This document shows, piece by piece, positions 24,765-35,438 of a DNA stretch of 64,000 nucleotides. Source of the stretch: Candidatus Sulfotelmatobacter sp. (GTDB taxonomy: Bacteria; Acidobacteriota; Terriglobia; Terriglobales; Acidobacteriaceae); NCBI GenBank assembly GCA_050012155.1, contig JBEKHS010000005.1, positions 21,117 to 85,116 of the forward strand. The letters are read 5' to 3'. A program made the position numbers and the translations under genes. The notes under the pieces are model-generated. The model saw only the letters and a program-made list of their open reading frames with translations, did not search any database and had not been told where the DNA came from. Each line of letters starts with the position of its first letter. Within the stretch, counting starts at the first letter, position 1.

Positions 24765-27700
24765 ATGAATCGCAGAAATGCATCGGTCAAGTCGGCGCGG
24801 AATTTTCTTTGGGCTTGTATTCTTTCCCTCTGCGCGGCTTCTGTAGCGCTGGGCCAGGCCGGCCGGGGCAGCATCAGCGGCCTGGTCACCGATCCGGGCG
24901 GGGCCGTCGTTGCAGGCGCCAAAGTAGTCCTTCTAGACCGCGCAACCGGGGTGACGCAGCACACTGCCACCAGTTCCGCGGGACTCTACACCTTCATCTC
25001 CCTCAACCCGGGCGTCTATCAAGTCACGGCCAGCCAGACTGGCTTCAAGAGCGTCGCCCAGGACAAAGTCACGGTCACCGTCGATCAGGTCACCGAGGTC
25101 AACATCACGCTACAGGTCGGCATCATATCGGAGACGATCACCGTCACCCAAGGTGTCGAGCTGGTCGAGCCCAGCAACTCCACCGTCGGCCAACTCATTG
25201 AGTCAACCACCATTGACCGGGTCCCGTTGCTGTACCGCAACGTTTACGATCTCGTGCAGTTGAGCGCTGGCGTGATTCCGGTCAATGGTTCGCCCAACTC
25301 GAGCGATTCGACGGCTACGTCTGGTGCTCAGAACATCTCGAGCGGGCGGCCGGGAGTGGACGTCTCTGCTGACACAATCAACGGCGCCATCGTCGGATCG
25401 GTCTACTACATGCTCGATGGCAGCCCCATCGGTATCGCGGAGAACAATGCCGCCGCCATCATCCCGGCGATGAATATTCCCGAGGATGGTGTCGAAGAGG
25501 TTCGAGTCGAGACCCAGAACACGCCGGCCTCGTACCAGAGCGGTGCTGCAGGCGTTATCAGCCTGGTCAGCAAGTCCGGCACGAATAAGTTTCACGGTGA
25601 TGTTTTCGGAGTATTCCGGCCGAACGCCTTGTCCGCCAACGATTACTTCAACAAGGACTACGAACTCCAGAATGGGCTGAGCAATGCACCGCCTTCGTTC
25701 TATCGCTATCAGGAGGGCGCAGCGATCGGCGGGCCGATTAAGAAAGACAAGCTCTTTTTTTTCGCCGACTACGAAGATACGCAGCAGATGCAGTTCGAAG
25801 GCATCAAGACTTATACCGTTCCCACCAGCGCCGAAAGAACCGGGGACTTTTCAGCTCTCCTCAACAATACTGTCGACGGTGCCCCCGCTCCGGTTATTAT
25901 CTACGACCCGACCCTGCCGGACATCATAGTCCCGTGCCCGCCCCCAAACCAGATGAGTGGTTGCCCGCAGCGGCAGCCATTTGGCGGTCTCGCAAATCCT
26001 ACCAATATGATTCCCAACCCGAACCCGATCGGCTTACTGTACCTGTCGAAGATGCCGAAATGTAACTACCCGAACCCTTCCACCTGCGATTCGGCAACTT
26101 ATGACGTTTCCCCCAACTACAGCGTGCCTGGCCTCGACCCGTTCCATGCGCATCGGTTCGACATCCGCGTGGATTGGGCCAAGAGCGAAAGGCAGCGCAT
26201 CTTCACCAGATTCTCTTATGACAAATTGATCTTCTCCACGGCCAACGTTTTTCCCAGCGGCTGGGACCCCGACTATGCTCAAAACACGACCAACGGGCGC
26301 AATATTCTCTTAGCGGACGATCTGACACTGAATTCTTCCACAGTTCTGAACCTGCGCTATTCCTTTACGCGGCACCACGAGGTTCAGGGAAATCCAGCGT
26401 ACAGTAGCACCAACATTACGAACCTGGGTTTTCCCTCCTCGCTGGCTTCGCAGGTGGTCTACAATCAGCTGCCCTTCATCCTCTTTGATGACGTTGGTGG
26501 AGGTGTCGGCGGCACTGCCGACTACAACAATTTTGCTTATGCCAGCGAGAATAGCGACGCCAACGCTGCCATCACCAAAGTTTATGGCAAGCAGACGATC
26601 TCGTTCGGGTTCGAGTGGATGAAGCGCTACCTCAACGTCGGCCAGCCGCCGGCGCCGGCGGGCGCGTACGGGTTCAACGTCGATGCAACGGATCAGTCCG
26701 TCGCAAGTGTGAATGGAGGCAGCGATTTCGCCTCTCTACTTGTCGGCATGGGAAGCGAGCCCGGCACTGAAACCAACGGGGGTAACTATCCCAGTTTTAC
26801 CAAGGACGTCTTTGCCGCGGAATCCAATCCCTACTATGCGGTCTTTTTCGAGGATACCTACCACCTGTCCAAGGCACTGACGATCACTGCCGGCCTGCGC
26901 TGGGACATTTTCGGGGGACGGAATGAGCGTTTCAACCGCCAGGAATATTTTAATCCCAACGTCAGCAACACCGTCGACGGCGTCTCTTACACGGGAGCCG
27001 AAATCTACGTCAACAGCGGCAATCGATCCCCGTTTACACCCAATTTGCACAACTTAGGACCGCGTCTGGCTTTCGCCTGGCAGCCCGTCACCCACCTTGT
27101 CTTGCGGGGCGGTGCGGGCTTCTATTACGGTCCCAGCACGCACAACGTCGGCAGCGCTTTGTTGAATACCGATGGTTTTTCTTCCCAAACATTTTGGAAC
27201 GCGACTTGCTTCAACGCGGACGGCAATACAGTCTTCAACTCCGATTCTGGCACCTGTGCCGCCGGACAGGCGGATAACTTTACCGTCCCATATTCGCTGA
27301 GCAACCCCTTTCCCGATGGAGTTGTTCCAACCTTCACTAGCCCACCCCCTGGTCTGGCCAATAATCTGGGGCAAACGTTGAGCACGGTGCTGCGCTCCCA
27401 GCGCACACCCACCATCTATAACTTTAATTTCGCCGTAGAGTATGAGCTGCCACATCAAGTAGTGGCGACAGTCGGCTACGTCGGCAGCCGGGGACTTTTC
27501 CTACCCTTTAGCAATGTCGATTTGAACGTGCTCGATCTGGGCACGATCGCGAAGTACGGATACTCGTTGTGCGTCGATCCATCGCAGGCGAGCTGCATTT
27601 ATGTGCCGAATCAATGGGCGCCGATTCAGCCAGCGACCAACGCCAACTCTGGCGCAGCCACCGTTCCGTTGTGGGTTGCGCTGCAGCAGTTCCCGCAATT

Positions 27701-28538
27701 TGGAAATGGCAGTTACGGCGGGGGCAACGGCGTCCTTGTAAATGGCTACCCCGCTGGCGACTCCGAGTACAGCTCTCTGCAAGCCAAGGTGCAAAAAAGG
27801 CTGACCAGCCACTTCACCACCCTCGCCACTTTTACTTGGGGAAAGATATTGACCGACGACGGGAATCCTCCTCTAGGCTTCGTGGGTACTCACCTTGGCG
27901 CCGCTCAGGATTGGAGGAACCTGAATTTAGAACACTCGATCAGCCCACAGGACGTCAAATATCAGTTCACTGGGGAGGTATCCTACGACCTGCCGGTGGG
28001 CAAGGGACGGGGCGTGAATCTGAGCGGCGTGGCCGACGCCATTCTGGGTGGCTGGACCACGAATGCCATCGCATATCTCGGTACCGGCGTTCCCATCGCC
28101 TCGCCGACTTCAGGAGTGCCCATCTCCTATTTCAATCAGCGTGCCGACATGACCTGCAATCCGGCGGCCGGCGCCCCGCATACCGTAGCTGTGTGGTTTA
28201 CCGACAACTGCTTCGCAGTACCCGGAACCGAAGCAACCGGCAACCCAAACAACTTTAACCCGCTTATTCCAGGAACTGCCCCGGCCTACCTTGACCACGT
28301 TCGCACCCGGGGTGCGCGCGACCTGGACCTCTCCATTTACAAGACATTCTCTTTTGGAGAAACGAAAGCACTTCGCTTCGATGTCTCCTCGTATAACATC
28401 TCCAACACGCCGCAATACGGATACCCAAGCGTGCCGAGCATCGTGGGCGCGACGCAGCAGAGTCTTCCTTTCGGACAGATATTGAACACGGTCAATACCC
28501 CGCGCCAGTTCCAGTTTGGCGCGAGATTTACCTTCTGA
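24765..28538 (+). CDS. TonB-dependent receptor with an N-terminal carboxypeptidase-regulatory-like domain
   Basis: Signal peptide. GSISGLVTDPGGAVVAGAKVVLLDRATG...GLYTFISLNPGVYQV (CarboxypepD_reg). Plug region. C-terminal beta-barrel ending in ...QFGARFTF. Confidence 0.9.
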   Translation: MNRRNASVKSARNFLWACILSLCAASVALGQAGRGSISGLVTDPGGAVVAGAKVVLLDRATGVTQHTATSSAGLYTFISLNPGVYQVTASQTGFKSVAQDKVTVTVDQVTEVNITLQVGIISETITVTQGVELVEPSNSTVGQLIESTTIDRVPLLYRNVYDLVQLSAGVIPVNGSPNSSDSTATSGAQNISSGRPGVDVSADTINGAIVGSVYYMLDGSPIGIAENNAAAIIPAMNIPEDGVEEVRVETQNTPASYQSGAAGVISLVSKSGTNKFHGDVFGVFRPNALSANDYFNKDYELQNGLSNAPPSFYRYQEGAAIGGPIKKDKLFFFADYEDTQQMQFEGIKTYTVPTSAERTGDFSALLNNTVDGAPAPVIIYDPTLPDIIVPCPPPNQMSGCPQRQPFGGLANPTNMIPNPNPIGLLYLSKMPKCNYPNPSTCDSATYDVSPNYSVPGLDPFHAHRFDIRVDWAKSERQRIFTRFSYDKLIFSTANVFPSGWDPDYAQNTTNGRNILLADDLTLNSSTVLNLRYSFTRHHEVQGNPAYSSTNITNLGFPSSLASQVVYNQLPFILFDDVGGGVGGTADYNNFAYASENSDANAAITKVYGKQTISFGFEWMKRYLNVGQPPAPAGAYGFNVDATDQSVASVNGGSDFASLLVGMGSEPGTETNGGNYPSFTKDVFAAESNPYYAVFFEDTYHLSKALTITAGLRWDIFGGRNERFNRQEYFNPNVSNTVDGVSYTGAEIYVNSGNRSPFTPNLHNLGPRLAFAWQPVTHLVLRGGAGFYYGPSTHNVGSALLNTDGFSSQTFWNATCFNADGNTVFNSDSGTCAAGQADNFTVPYSLSNPFPDGVVPTFTSPPPGLANNLGQTLSTVLRSQRTPTIYNFNFAVEYELPHQVVATVGYVGSRGLFLPFSNVDLNVLDLGTIAKYGYSLCVDPSQASCIYVPNQWAPIQPATNANSGAATVPLWVALQQFPQFGNGSYGGGNGVLVNGYPAGDSEYSSLQAKVQKRLTSHFTTLATFTWGKILTDDGNPPLGFVGTHLGAAQDWRNLNLEHSISPQDVKYQFTGEVSYDLPVGKGRGVNLSGVADAILGGWTTNAIAYLGTGVPIASPTSGVPISYFNQRADMTCNPAAGAPHTVAVWFTDNCFAVPGTEATGNPNNFNPLIPGTAPAYLDHVRTRGARDLDLSIYKTFSFGETKALRFDVSSYNISNTPQYGYPSVPSIVGATQQSLPFGQILNTVNTPRQFQFGARFTF

Positions 28539-28563
28539 TCCGAGCGGCAGACTCGAGCGGAAA

Positions 28564-28596
28564 GAAAAATCCCGGCCAGAACGGCCGGGATTTTTC
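28564..28596. terminator. Bidirectional intrinsic terminator between convergent genes
   Basis: AAAAAT-CCCGGCC-agaac-GGCCGGG-ATTTTT: a hairpin flanked by an A-run and a T-run. Confidence 0.6.
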
Positions 28597-28620
28597 GTTT
28601 CAAGGCGAGCGCGGAACCGC

Positions 28621-29820
28621 TCATCCCACCGGCACGCTCTGCCGGGCCGCCACAGCTTCGAGCGCATGCTCCAGGTCCGCGATCAGATCATCCGCGTTCT
28701 CAATCCCCACCGAGAGCCGGACTAACTGTTCGCTCACACCCATCCTGGCTCGCTCTTCGGCCGGGATCATGGCGTGCGACGTCAGCACTGGAATCGAGAC
28801 CAGCGACTCCACGCCGCCCAGGCTCGGCGCCAGCGTAAACAATCGCATCGCCTCGCTCACCCGCCGCGCGTCTTCGCCCGTGCCCTCAACCTCAAAGCTG
28901 ACCATCCCTCCGCCGCCGCTCATCTGCGTGCGCGCCAGCGCGTATTGCGGATGACTCTTCAAGAACGGATAATGCACCCTTCGCACTTTCGCGTGCTGCG
29001 ATAAGAATTCCGCGACGCGCTGGGCGTTCTCATTCTGCCGCGCCACGCGGACCGCCAGCGTCTTCAGCCCGCGCACCAGCATCCACGACGCATGCGGATC
29101 CATGCAGTTGCCCAGCGTTGTCCGCGTCTGCCAGATTCGCTCCATCAATTCGTTCGGTCCCGCAACCGCGCCGCAAATCAGATCGGTATGCCCGCCCAAG
29201 TATTTCGTTCCTGCATGCATGACCAAATCAATCCCGAACTCCGCCGGGTGCTGGTTGATCGGCGTGCCGAAAGTGGCGTCGATCATGCTAAGCAGCTTGT
29301 GCTGCTTCGCGATCGCAGCCACTTTCTTGAAGTCCACCACCCGCAGAGTCGGATTGGTCGGCGACTCCAGATAAAGCAGTTTCGTGTTCGCACGAATTGC
29401 GCGCGCGTGCTGTTCATATTCCGTGGTGTCCACGAAGGTGGTTTCGATGCCCATCTTCGGCAGCCATTGCGACAGGAACTTGTTCACTCCGCCGTAAATA
29501 TCGCGTTGCGCCACCACGTGGTCGCCGCTCTTGAGCAGCGCCATGATGGTCGTCGTAATCGCGCCCATACCGGAGGCGAACGTGAGTGCCGCATCCGTGC
29601 CTTCCAACTCCGCGATCGTCTTTTCGGCTACCGTGTTCGTGGGATTGCCGTAGCGCGTGTAAAAGTGGTCGGAGTGCGTTGCCCGCAGTTGCTCGTCGTT
29701 GTCGGTGACTTCGAAGGTGGAAGTCTGGTAGATCGGCGTGGCCAGCGGCCCATTCTTCTTCTCCAAATCCGCCGCGCCGCGCACCGCCTTCGTTTCGGAA
29801 TGATGAGCCTGCCGTTTCAT
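28621..29820 (-). CDS. Cys/Met-metabolism PLP-dependent enzyme (cystathionine gamma-synthase/methionine gamma-lyase family)
   Basis: YTRYGNPT, ESPTNP and HAGTKYLGGH (PLP-lysine) motifs. Confidence 0.9.
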   Translation of the reverse strand: MKRQAHHSETKAVRGAADLEKKNGPLATPIYQTSTFEVTDNDEQLRATHSDHFYTRYGNPTNTVAEKTIAELEGTDAALTFASGMGAITTTIMALLKSGDHVVAQRDIYGGVNKFLSQWLPKMGIETTFVDTTEYEQHARAIRANTKLLYLESPTNPTLRVVDFKKVAAIAKQHKLLSMIDATFGTPINQHPAEFGIDLVMHAGTKYLGGHTDLICGAVAGPNELMERIWQTRTTLGNCMDPHASWMLVRGLKTLAVRVARQNENAQRVAEFLSQHAKVRRVHYPFLKSHPQYALARTQMSGGGGMVSFEVEGTGEDARRVSEAMRLFTLAPSLGGVESLVSIPVLTSHAMIPAEERARMGVSEQLVRLSVGIENADDLIADLEHALEAVAARQSVPVG

Positions 29821-29966
29821 GAAAACCTCGTCCCTTCCAGACTAATTGCGCCTCGGAACTCACGCAAGGCGAAGCCAAGGCGAGCGAAGGGAAGCACACG
29901 GTTTATAATTCTCGGTGTCAGAAATTTCCGCCGTCCGAGGAGAGGCTAGGCAGAAGTAAGGTCCGC

Positions 29967-30437
29967 ATGGCGAAAGTGAAAACCAATGTTAACGCGCGCA
30001 GGAAGGCACGCAAGAAGGCGAGAGACGCTCGGTCTCACTCGCGTGCTCAACGCGCCGTCACCAAACACGCCGGCAAAACCGAACTGCAATATATTCCCTG
30101 GCACAGCATTCCGCTCGAAGAACTCAATCCGCTGCTGCAGCGCCAGTTCGTCGTAGGTCAGGAAATTATGCTGGCGCGTGTGCTGCTGAAAAAGGGTTGC
30201 ATCGTACCGGAGCACAGCCACCACAACGAACAACTCACTTATATCCTCGATGGAGCCCTGAAGTTCTGGATCGACGGCCGCGAAATCGTAGTGCACGCCG
30301 GCGAAGTGCTCTGCATTCCGGCGCACATGCCGCACAAGGCCGAGGCGCTCGAAGACACGGTCGACCTCGATGTGTTCAATCCTCCCCGCGCCGATTGGAT
30401 CGACAAGACCGATCAATACCTGCGCGGGAAGAAATAG
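29967..30437 (+). CDS. Cupin-domain protein with a basic N-terminal extension
   Basis: PEHSHHNEQLTYILDG ... VLCIPAHMPH are the two cupin motifs. The N-terminal 35 aa are Lys/Arg-rich. Confidence 0.7.
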   Translation: MAKVKTNVNARRKARKKARDARSHSRAQRAVTKHAGKTELQYIPWHSIPLEELNPLLQRQFVVGQEIMLARVLLKKGCIVPEHSHHNEQLTYILDGALKFWIDGREIVVHAGEVLCIPAHMPHKAEALEDTVDLDVFNPPRADWIDKTDQYLRGKK

Positions 30438-30447
30438 TCTCCACTGC

Positions 30448-31845
30448 ATGCCTCCTTCCACCACATCTGAGAAAGCTGCCGATCCTGGCCTGCCTCAGGC
30501 TACGTTTCGTTTCCGCTGCATCGGCTGCGCTTCGGTGACTGATTCCGCAGCCCAGGATTTTCGTTGCTCCCAGTGCGGCAACCTGCTCGAGATCACTGAT
30601 TCGTCGTGGAACTCACGCAACCCCACCGCTCTGAAATCCCTCTGGCGCGAACGCCGCACCCTGAACGCCGCTCTCGACCTCAGCGGCGTCTGGCGCTTCC
30701 GCGAAGTTCTCCCTGCGCCGCACTCCGAGGAGCAAGTTGTCACCCTGCGCGAAGGCAATACTCCACTCTACGAACTTCCGCAATCTTCGCGCGCAACCGG
30801 CGTCGCGCGCCTCTTCGCTAAACATCAAGGTATGAACCCCACCGGCTCCTTCAAAGACGCGGGCATGACCGTTGCGGCCACGTTTGCCCGCCAAGCTGGA
30901 TATCGCTGGGTAGCTTGTGCCTCCACGGGCAACACATCCGCGTCCATGGCCGCTTACGCGGCGCGCGGAGGCATGCGGAGTCTGGTTCTTGTGCCCGAAG
31001 GCAAAATTTCATGGAGTAAACTCTCACAATCCCTCGATTACGGCGCCCTCACCTGCCAGCTTCGCACCGATTTCGACGGCTGCCTGCGGCTGCTTCAGGA
31101 GTTGGTGAAGCGCGCGCCGGTCTACCAGTTGAACTCGATCAACCCGTTCCGCCTCGAAGGCCAGAAAACTCTCGCCTTCGAATTACTGGAGCAACTCGAC
31201 TGGCAGCCGCCCGACCACATCATCGTTCCCGGCGGCAACCTCGGCAACAGTTCCGCGATCGGCAAGGCGTTGCTGGAAATGCTCGACCTCGGCCTGATAG
31301 CGCAGCTTCCGAAGTTATCTGTGATCCAGGCGGAGGGCGCTAACGCGCTGGTTCGCACCCTGCGCGAGGCTGGGGGCAAGCGGCTGGTCAGTGTGCAGGC
31401 CGAGACACGCGCCTCCGCGATCCGCATCGGCAACCCCGCCTCGTGGGAAAAAGCCGTCAAGGTGCTTGAAGCCACCGGAGGCGCTTGCGAACAGGTCAGC
31501 GAAATCGAGATCGCCCAGGCCAAAGCCGAAATCGGCGCTGAAGGTATTGGGTGCGAACCTGCGTCTGCCGTCACTTTGGCTGGGTTGAAGAAATTGCTGG
31601 GGCAGGGATTTGTGAAGCCGGACGAAACCGTCGTCCTTGTGCTCACCGGAAATCTGCTTAAGGACCCTGACTTCACCATGGAATTTCATAGCGGCGATCT
31701 TTTTAAAGGCACCGCTCATGAGGCCGAAAGCGCCACGCTGAATCCGCTCCGGCATCCTCCCGTCGTCCTCGATGCAACCCTGGATGCCGTACTCAAAACT
31801 CTGGAGCAGGCGGAGAAATCGGACCGGACGCGCTCGAATGTCTGA
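30448..31845 (+). CDS. thrC: Threonine synthase
   Basis: N-terminal zinc ribbon FRCIGCAS...FRCSQCGNLLEI. NPTGSFKDAGM carries the PLP lysine. Start set at the ATG at 30448, after the cupin stop. Confidence 0.9.
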   Translation: MPPSTTSEKAADPGLPQATFRFRCIGCASVTDSAAQDFRCSQCGNLLEITDSSWNSRNPTALKSLWRERRTLNAALDLSGVWRFREVLPAPHSEEQVVTLREGNTPLYELPQSSRATGVARLFAKHQGMNPTGSFKDAGMTVAATFARQAGYRWVACASTGNTSASMAAYAARGGMRSLVLVPEGKISWSKLSQSLDYGALTCQLRTDFDGCLRLLQELVKRAPVYQLNSINPFRLEGQKTLAFELLEQLDWQPPDHIIVPGGNLGNSSAIGKALLEMLDLGLIAQLPKLSVIQAEGANALVRTLREAGGKRLVSVQAETRASAIRIGNPASWEKAVKVLEATGGACEQVSEIEIAQAKAEIGAEGIGCEPASAVTLAGLKKLLGQGFVKPDETVVLVLTGNLLKDPDFTMEFHSGDLFKGTAHEAESATLNPLRHPPVVLDATLDAVLKTLEQAEKSDRTRSNV

Positions 31846-31857
31846 GAACGAAACACA

Positions 31858-32802
31858 ATGAACGAAAGTAAGAGGAAGAAAACGGCGCGCCAACCAGCCT
31901 CGCTGCATCTCGCCCTGCCGGCGACCTCGGCCAACCTGGGCCCAGCCTTTGATGCCGCTGCCTTGGCAATGAACCTTTTCATCACCATTGATGCCCGCCC
32001 CGCTGCCAGTTTCTCAATCGCCGCGACCGGGCGCGACGAAGAGATCTGCGGAGCCGTGGAGAATCACCTGATCCTCGCCACATACACGGAGATCCTCCAG
32101 GCCCATGGCGCCGAAGTGATTCCGCTGACTCTTCGCATCAAGAACGACATTCCCATCGGCAAAGGCTGCGGATCGTCCGCCGCGGCGCGGCTCGCCGGCA
32201 TCGCATTGGCCAATCATTTCGGCCGTCTGCGCTGGACCGACGCCCAGATCATCGGCGAGGCCTCCCGCCGCGAGCACCACTCCGATAACGCCTCCGCCTG
32301 CTGGATGGGCGGCCTCACCGTCGCCCGCATGTCTGGTGATGCCGAGGCCCAGGTGGTCCCGATTCCCCCGAAAGGGAAGTGGCCCTTCCTGCTTGCGGTT
32401 CCCAACGAGGCGCTGTCCACTGAAAAAGCTCGCCGCGTGCTCCCGGAGCAGTATTCCCGCGCCGACACGGTCGCGAACATCCAAAACTCGATGTTGTTGC
32501 TCGCTGCCTTCACTCAGGGAAGGCATAACCTGCTCGCCGCCGCGCTCCAGGACCGTATCCACCAGCCTTACCGCGCGCCATTCTGTCCCCTGCTCCCGGC
32601 GCTGCAGGAACTGACCGGGAAGCCTGGTATCCTGGGCGCAGCGCTCAGCGGCGCTGGTCCTTCTGTAATCGTTTTTCTCGATCCTCGCGCCGCTGCCGGG
32701 AAGACGCGCAAAACAGTAGCGGCCCACCTGGCTCGCGCCGGACTCAGCGCCGAGTTGCTTCTAACTTCCATCACACCTCGTGGCGCGCGCCTGAGCCACT
32801 GA
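31858..32802 (+). CDS. thrB: Homoserine kinase
   Basis: PATSANLGPAFDA and PIGKGCGSSAAA (GHMP kinase motif). Confidence 0.9.
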   Translation: MNESKRKKTARQPASLHLALPATSANLGPAFDAAALAMNLFITIDARPAASFSIAATGRDEEICGAVENHLILATYTEILQAHGAEVIPLTLRIKNDIPIGKGCGSSAAARLAGIALANHFGRLRWTDAQIIGEASRREHHSDNASACWMGGLTVARMSGDAEAQVVPIPPKGKWPFLLAVPNEALSTEKARRVLPEQYSRADTVANIQNSMLLLAAFTQGRHNLLAAALQDRIHQPYRAPFCPLLPALQELTGKPGILGAALSGAGPSVIVFLDPRAAAGKTRKTVAAHLARAGLSAELLLTSITPRGARLSH

Positions 32803-33037
32803 GAATCTCGCTAAAAACGCCCCCTGAGGTGCCTGCTGAAAAGTCCTTGCATTCCCTCATGCCTGTGATACATTTTCGGGAAAGCGCCACTAAGGTGGTA
32901 TTTACAGAACCAGCTATTCCGGATATTTTTGGTTTTCCCCCCAAAACCGAAACTTACCCGTCTCGTGCGTGTTCATAGCGGGAGTACGGGTCGCGGCTTC
33001 GTCGGAAGCCCAGAGTTGAGTTTTTCCGGGATGAGGG

Positions 33038-33253
33038 ATGAAGCAGAAAATGCAGTACGCAGTCCAGCCACGGCAGTCAGCGCCACCGCGCAATAAGCAG
33101 GTGCAGGAGGAGATTCAGAATTTTCTCCGCGCCCTCGATTCCTACCCTGCCCGCGTCGCCAAAGAGCCGCGCGTCAGCTTCCAGCAACACCTGTGCAGCA
33201 TCTTCGCTGGCAGCGATTATGCTGGCCGCGATCACCGGGCTCGTCGCCAGTAG
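33038..33253 (+). CDS. Small hypothetical protein
   Basis: 71-aa ORF in an otherwise ORF-free gap. No homology recognised. Confidence 0.3.
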   Translation: MKQKMQYAVQPRQSAPPRNKQVQEEIQNFLRALDSYPARVAKEPRVSFQQHLCSIFAGSDYAGRDHRARRQ

Positions 33254-33267
33254 TAGTCAGGATAAGT

Positions 33268-33834
33268 CTACCGGCTGGCCGGCGGCACGATTCCATTCAT
33301 GCGCAGGTACTCCACCATCTGGCCGTAGTGGTCGAAGCAATGGGCTGCTACGCTGGTGGCCAGTCCCAACCGCGTCACCGTTCCTTCTCCAAACGGGCTC
33401 TTCACGGGTTCGACCAGGTTCTTCTCGTTGATGGTCTGGACCGCCTTGTGTACATAGATAAACGAGTCTTTCAAAAAGCTGACGATCTCCGCCTTCGTTT
33501 TCACCGACGCCGGTCCGTTCTCGTCGCCGATATCCACGGGAACCTTTTCTCCCAGAATCGCGGCCCCAAAAATATAGTTGACCGCCGCCACGTGTTTGAT
33601 CTGCTGGGCGAAAGTCCGAACACCTTTGAACTCGCCCTCGGTCGGCGCAAAGCCGAATTTATCCTCCGGCATCGCTTCCGCCGCCGGAACGAACTCGTGC
33701 TCGACATTCTTAACCGAGCCATCCAGGACCTGTGCGACAGTCCGGTGTTCGTCCTTAACCATCTTGTCCTGGGCTACACAAGCCGCCGTGACCGCAAGGA
33801 CGCAGAATGCAAGACACCCAAACTTCCTCTTCAT
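33268..33834 (-). CDS. DinB-family protein, secreted
   Basis: Start at MKRKFGCLAFCVLAVTAAC with GGAGG upstream. HVAAVNY ... HCFDHYGQMVEYLR fits the DinB His pattern. Confidence 0.8.
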   Translation of the reverse strand: MKRKFGCLAFCVLAVTAACVAQDKMVKDEHRTVAQVLDGSVKNVEHEFVPAAEAMPEDKFGFAPTEGEFKGVRTFAQQIKHVAAVNYIFGAAILGEKVPVDIGDENGPASVKTKAEIVSFLKDSFIYVHKAVQTINEKNLVEPVKSPFGEGTVTRLGLATSVAAHCFDHYGQMVEYLRMNGIVPPASR

Positions 33835-33879
33835 AATGATGCCTCCTCTTTGATAAGTCTGATCCCGAGGTTTCCGCAC

Positions 33880-35346
33880 CTACCCGGAAGAATTCGCCGC
33901 CGCGAACGGCCACTCCCCGCCTCTCCAGGCTCGAATCATATAGATCGCCAGCCCGGTCAACAATATCACCACCGCGTACCGTATTTCCTTCTGCCAGTTC
34001 TGGCGATTAAACAGAATAAAGAGAAATCCCGCAATCGCCACGAGCGCCGGCACAGGATACAGCCACATGCGAAACGGACGGACGACATCCGGACGCGTCA
34101 CCCGGAACACGATCAACCCCACCGCCTGTACCAGGAATTGCAGAATCAAGCGAATGACCACCAGAGCCGCGATTGCATCGCGCAGCCGCAGAAAGCAGAA
34201 CGCTGCCGCTACGACTCCCAGCGCTACCAGTGAAACGTATGGGAAACGATACACCGGATGCACTTTGGCAAAAGCCCGAAAGTAGTTTCCGTCCAGAGCG
34301 GCCGCGTAGGGGACGCGCGAATACCCGAGAGTCAGCGAGAAGACGGATGCAAACGCGGTCACCATCACCAGCCCCGTAATCAGCCGCGCTGCCCATGGTC
34401 CATAAACCCTCTGCATAAACAACGACACAACATACAATCCGCTGTTGCTGTGCCCAGCCTGAAGCATCTCCCGCCAGGGAATCACCGCCAGAATGCACAG
34501 GTTCATCATCAGATATAGACAGGCGACCAGCAGAATGGAGAGCAGTAGAGCCCGCGGAATATTCCGCGTCGGATCTTTTATTTCATCGCCCAAATAGCAG
34601 ACGTTGTAATAGCCCCAATAATCGTAAGTGGCGACCAGCATGGCTCCGCCGAGGCCGGTGAAGAATCCGCGCGAAAGCGTAAATGCGCCTGCGGGAAAAT
34701 CAAACGCTTGCGCCGCGTTGAAGTGCGTGAGCCCGGCAAAGATGATCCATCCGATGGTCCCCATCACGCCGAGCCACAATATTTTCGAAAGCCGCCCGAT
34801 CACGGTGATGCGTCGATAGAGCAACAAGACGGTGAAGAGGCAGATGCCTATTGCCAGCGCGGTTCCCGGCGTCACAATCCAGCTTACCTGAAGTGGCCCT
34901 GCGCCCGGGATGGGCAAGGCCGCGGTGTGTGCGGCATAGACCGTCTCCAGACCTGGCCAGTAATAAGCAGCGTAGCCCGCGAGACCGATGCATCCACTGG
35001 CAATCGACAGGGGAGCGCTGAAGGATAGCTGCCAGATGAACAGAAACGAAATCAGCCGTCCCCATTTTCGCGGCCCGTAAATTTCGCTCAGGTAACGATA
35101 CGATCCGCCCGAGCCCGGAAACGCCGCGCCCAGTTCCGCCGACACCAGCCCGTCGCACACCGCTAACAGCGCGCCTACAATCCATCCCAGCATGGCCTGC
35201 GGGCCGCCCATCGCGCTCAGCACCAGCGGCATGGTGATGAACGGCCCCACGCCGATCATGTCGATCATGTTGAGAGCGGTCGCGCTCCCCAGCCCCATGC
35301 CGCGAATCAGGCCCGGTGAACTATCCGATTTTGCTGGAGAACCCAT
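33880..35346 (-). CDS. APC-family amino acid permease
   Basis: About 12 TM segments. N-terminal NMIDMIGVGPFIT motif. Confidence 0.9.
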   Translation of the reverse strand: MGSPAKSDSSPGLIRGMGLGSATALNMIDMIGVGPFITMPLVLSAMGGPQAMLGWIVGALLAVCDGLVSAELGAAFPGSGGSYRYLSEIYGPRKWGRLISFLFIWQLSFSAPLSIASGCIGLAGYAAYYWPGLETVYAAHTAALPIPGAGPLQVSWIVTPGTALAIGICLFTVLLLYRRITVIGRLSKILWLGVMGTIGWIIFAGLTHFNAAQAFDFPAGAFTLSRGFFTGLGGAMLVATYDYWGYYNVCYLGDEIKDPTRNIPRALLLSILLVACLYLMMNLCILAVIPWREMLQAGHSNSGLYVVSLFMQRVYGPWAARLITGLVMVTAFASVFSLTLGYSRVPYAAALDGNYFRAFAKVHPVYRFPYVSLVALGVVAAAFCFLRLRDAIAALVVIRLILQFLVQAVGLIVFRVTRPDVVRPFRMWLYPVPALVAIAGFLFILFNRQNWQKEIRYAVVILLTGLAIYMIRAWRGGEWPFAAANSSG

Positions 35347-35438
35347 GCGTCGGCGGACGACAGATCGGGAAAACGACGGATCACGCTGTAAAACGAAACC
35401 GCTTCAGGATTTACTGGCCACTGGCCACTGACCCCTGA

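Noticed and set aside
29821-29966. Possible SAM riboswitch in the leader of the Cys/Met PLP enzyme gene
   Set aside because: I could not find the conserved SAM-I or SAM-II core sequences or helices by eye. It would need cmsearch to revisit.
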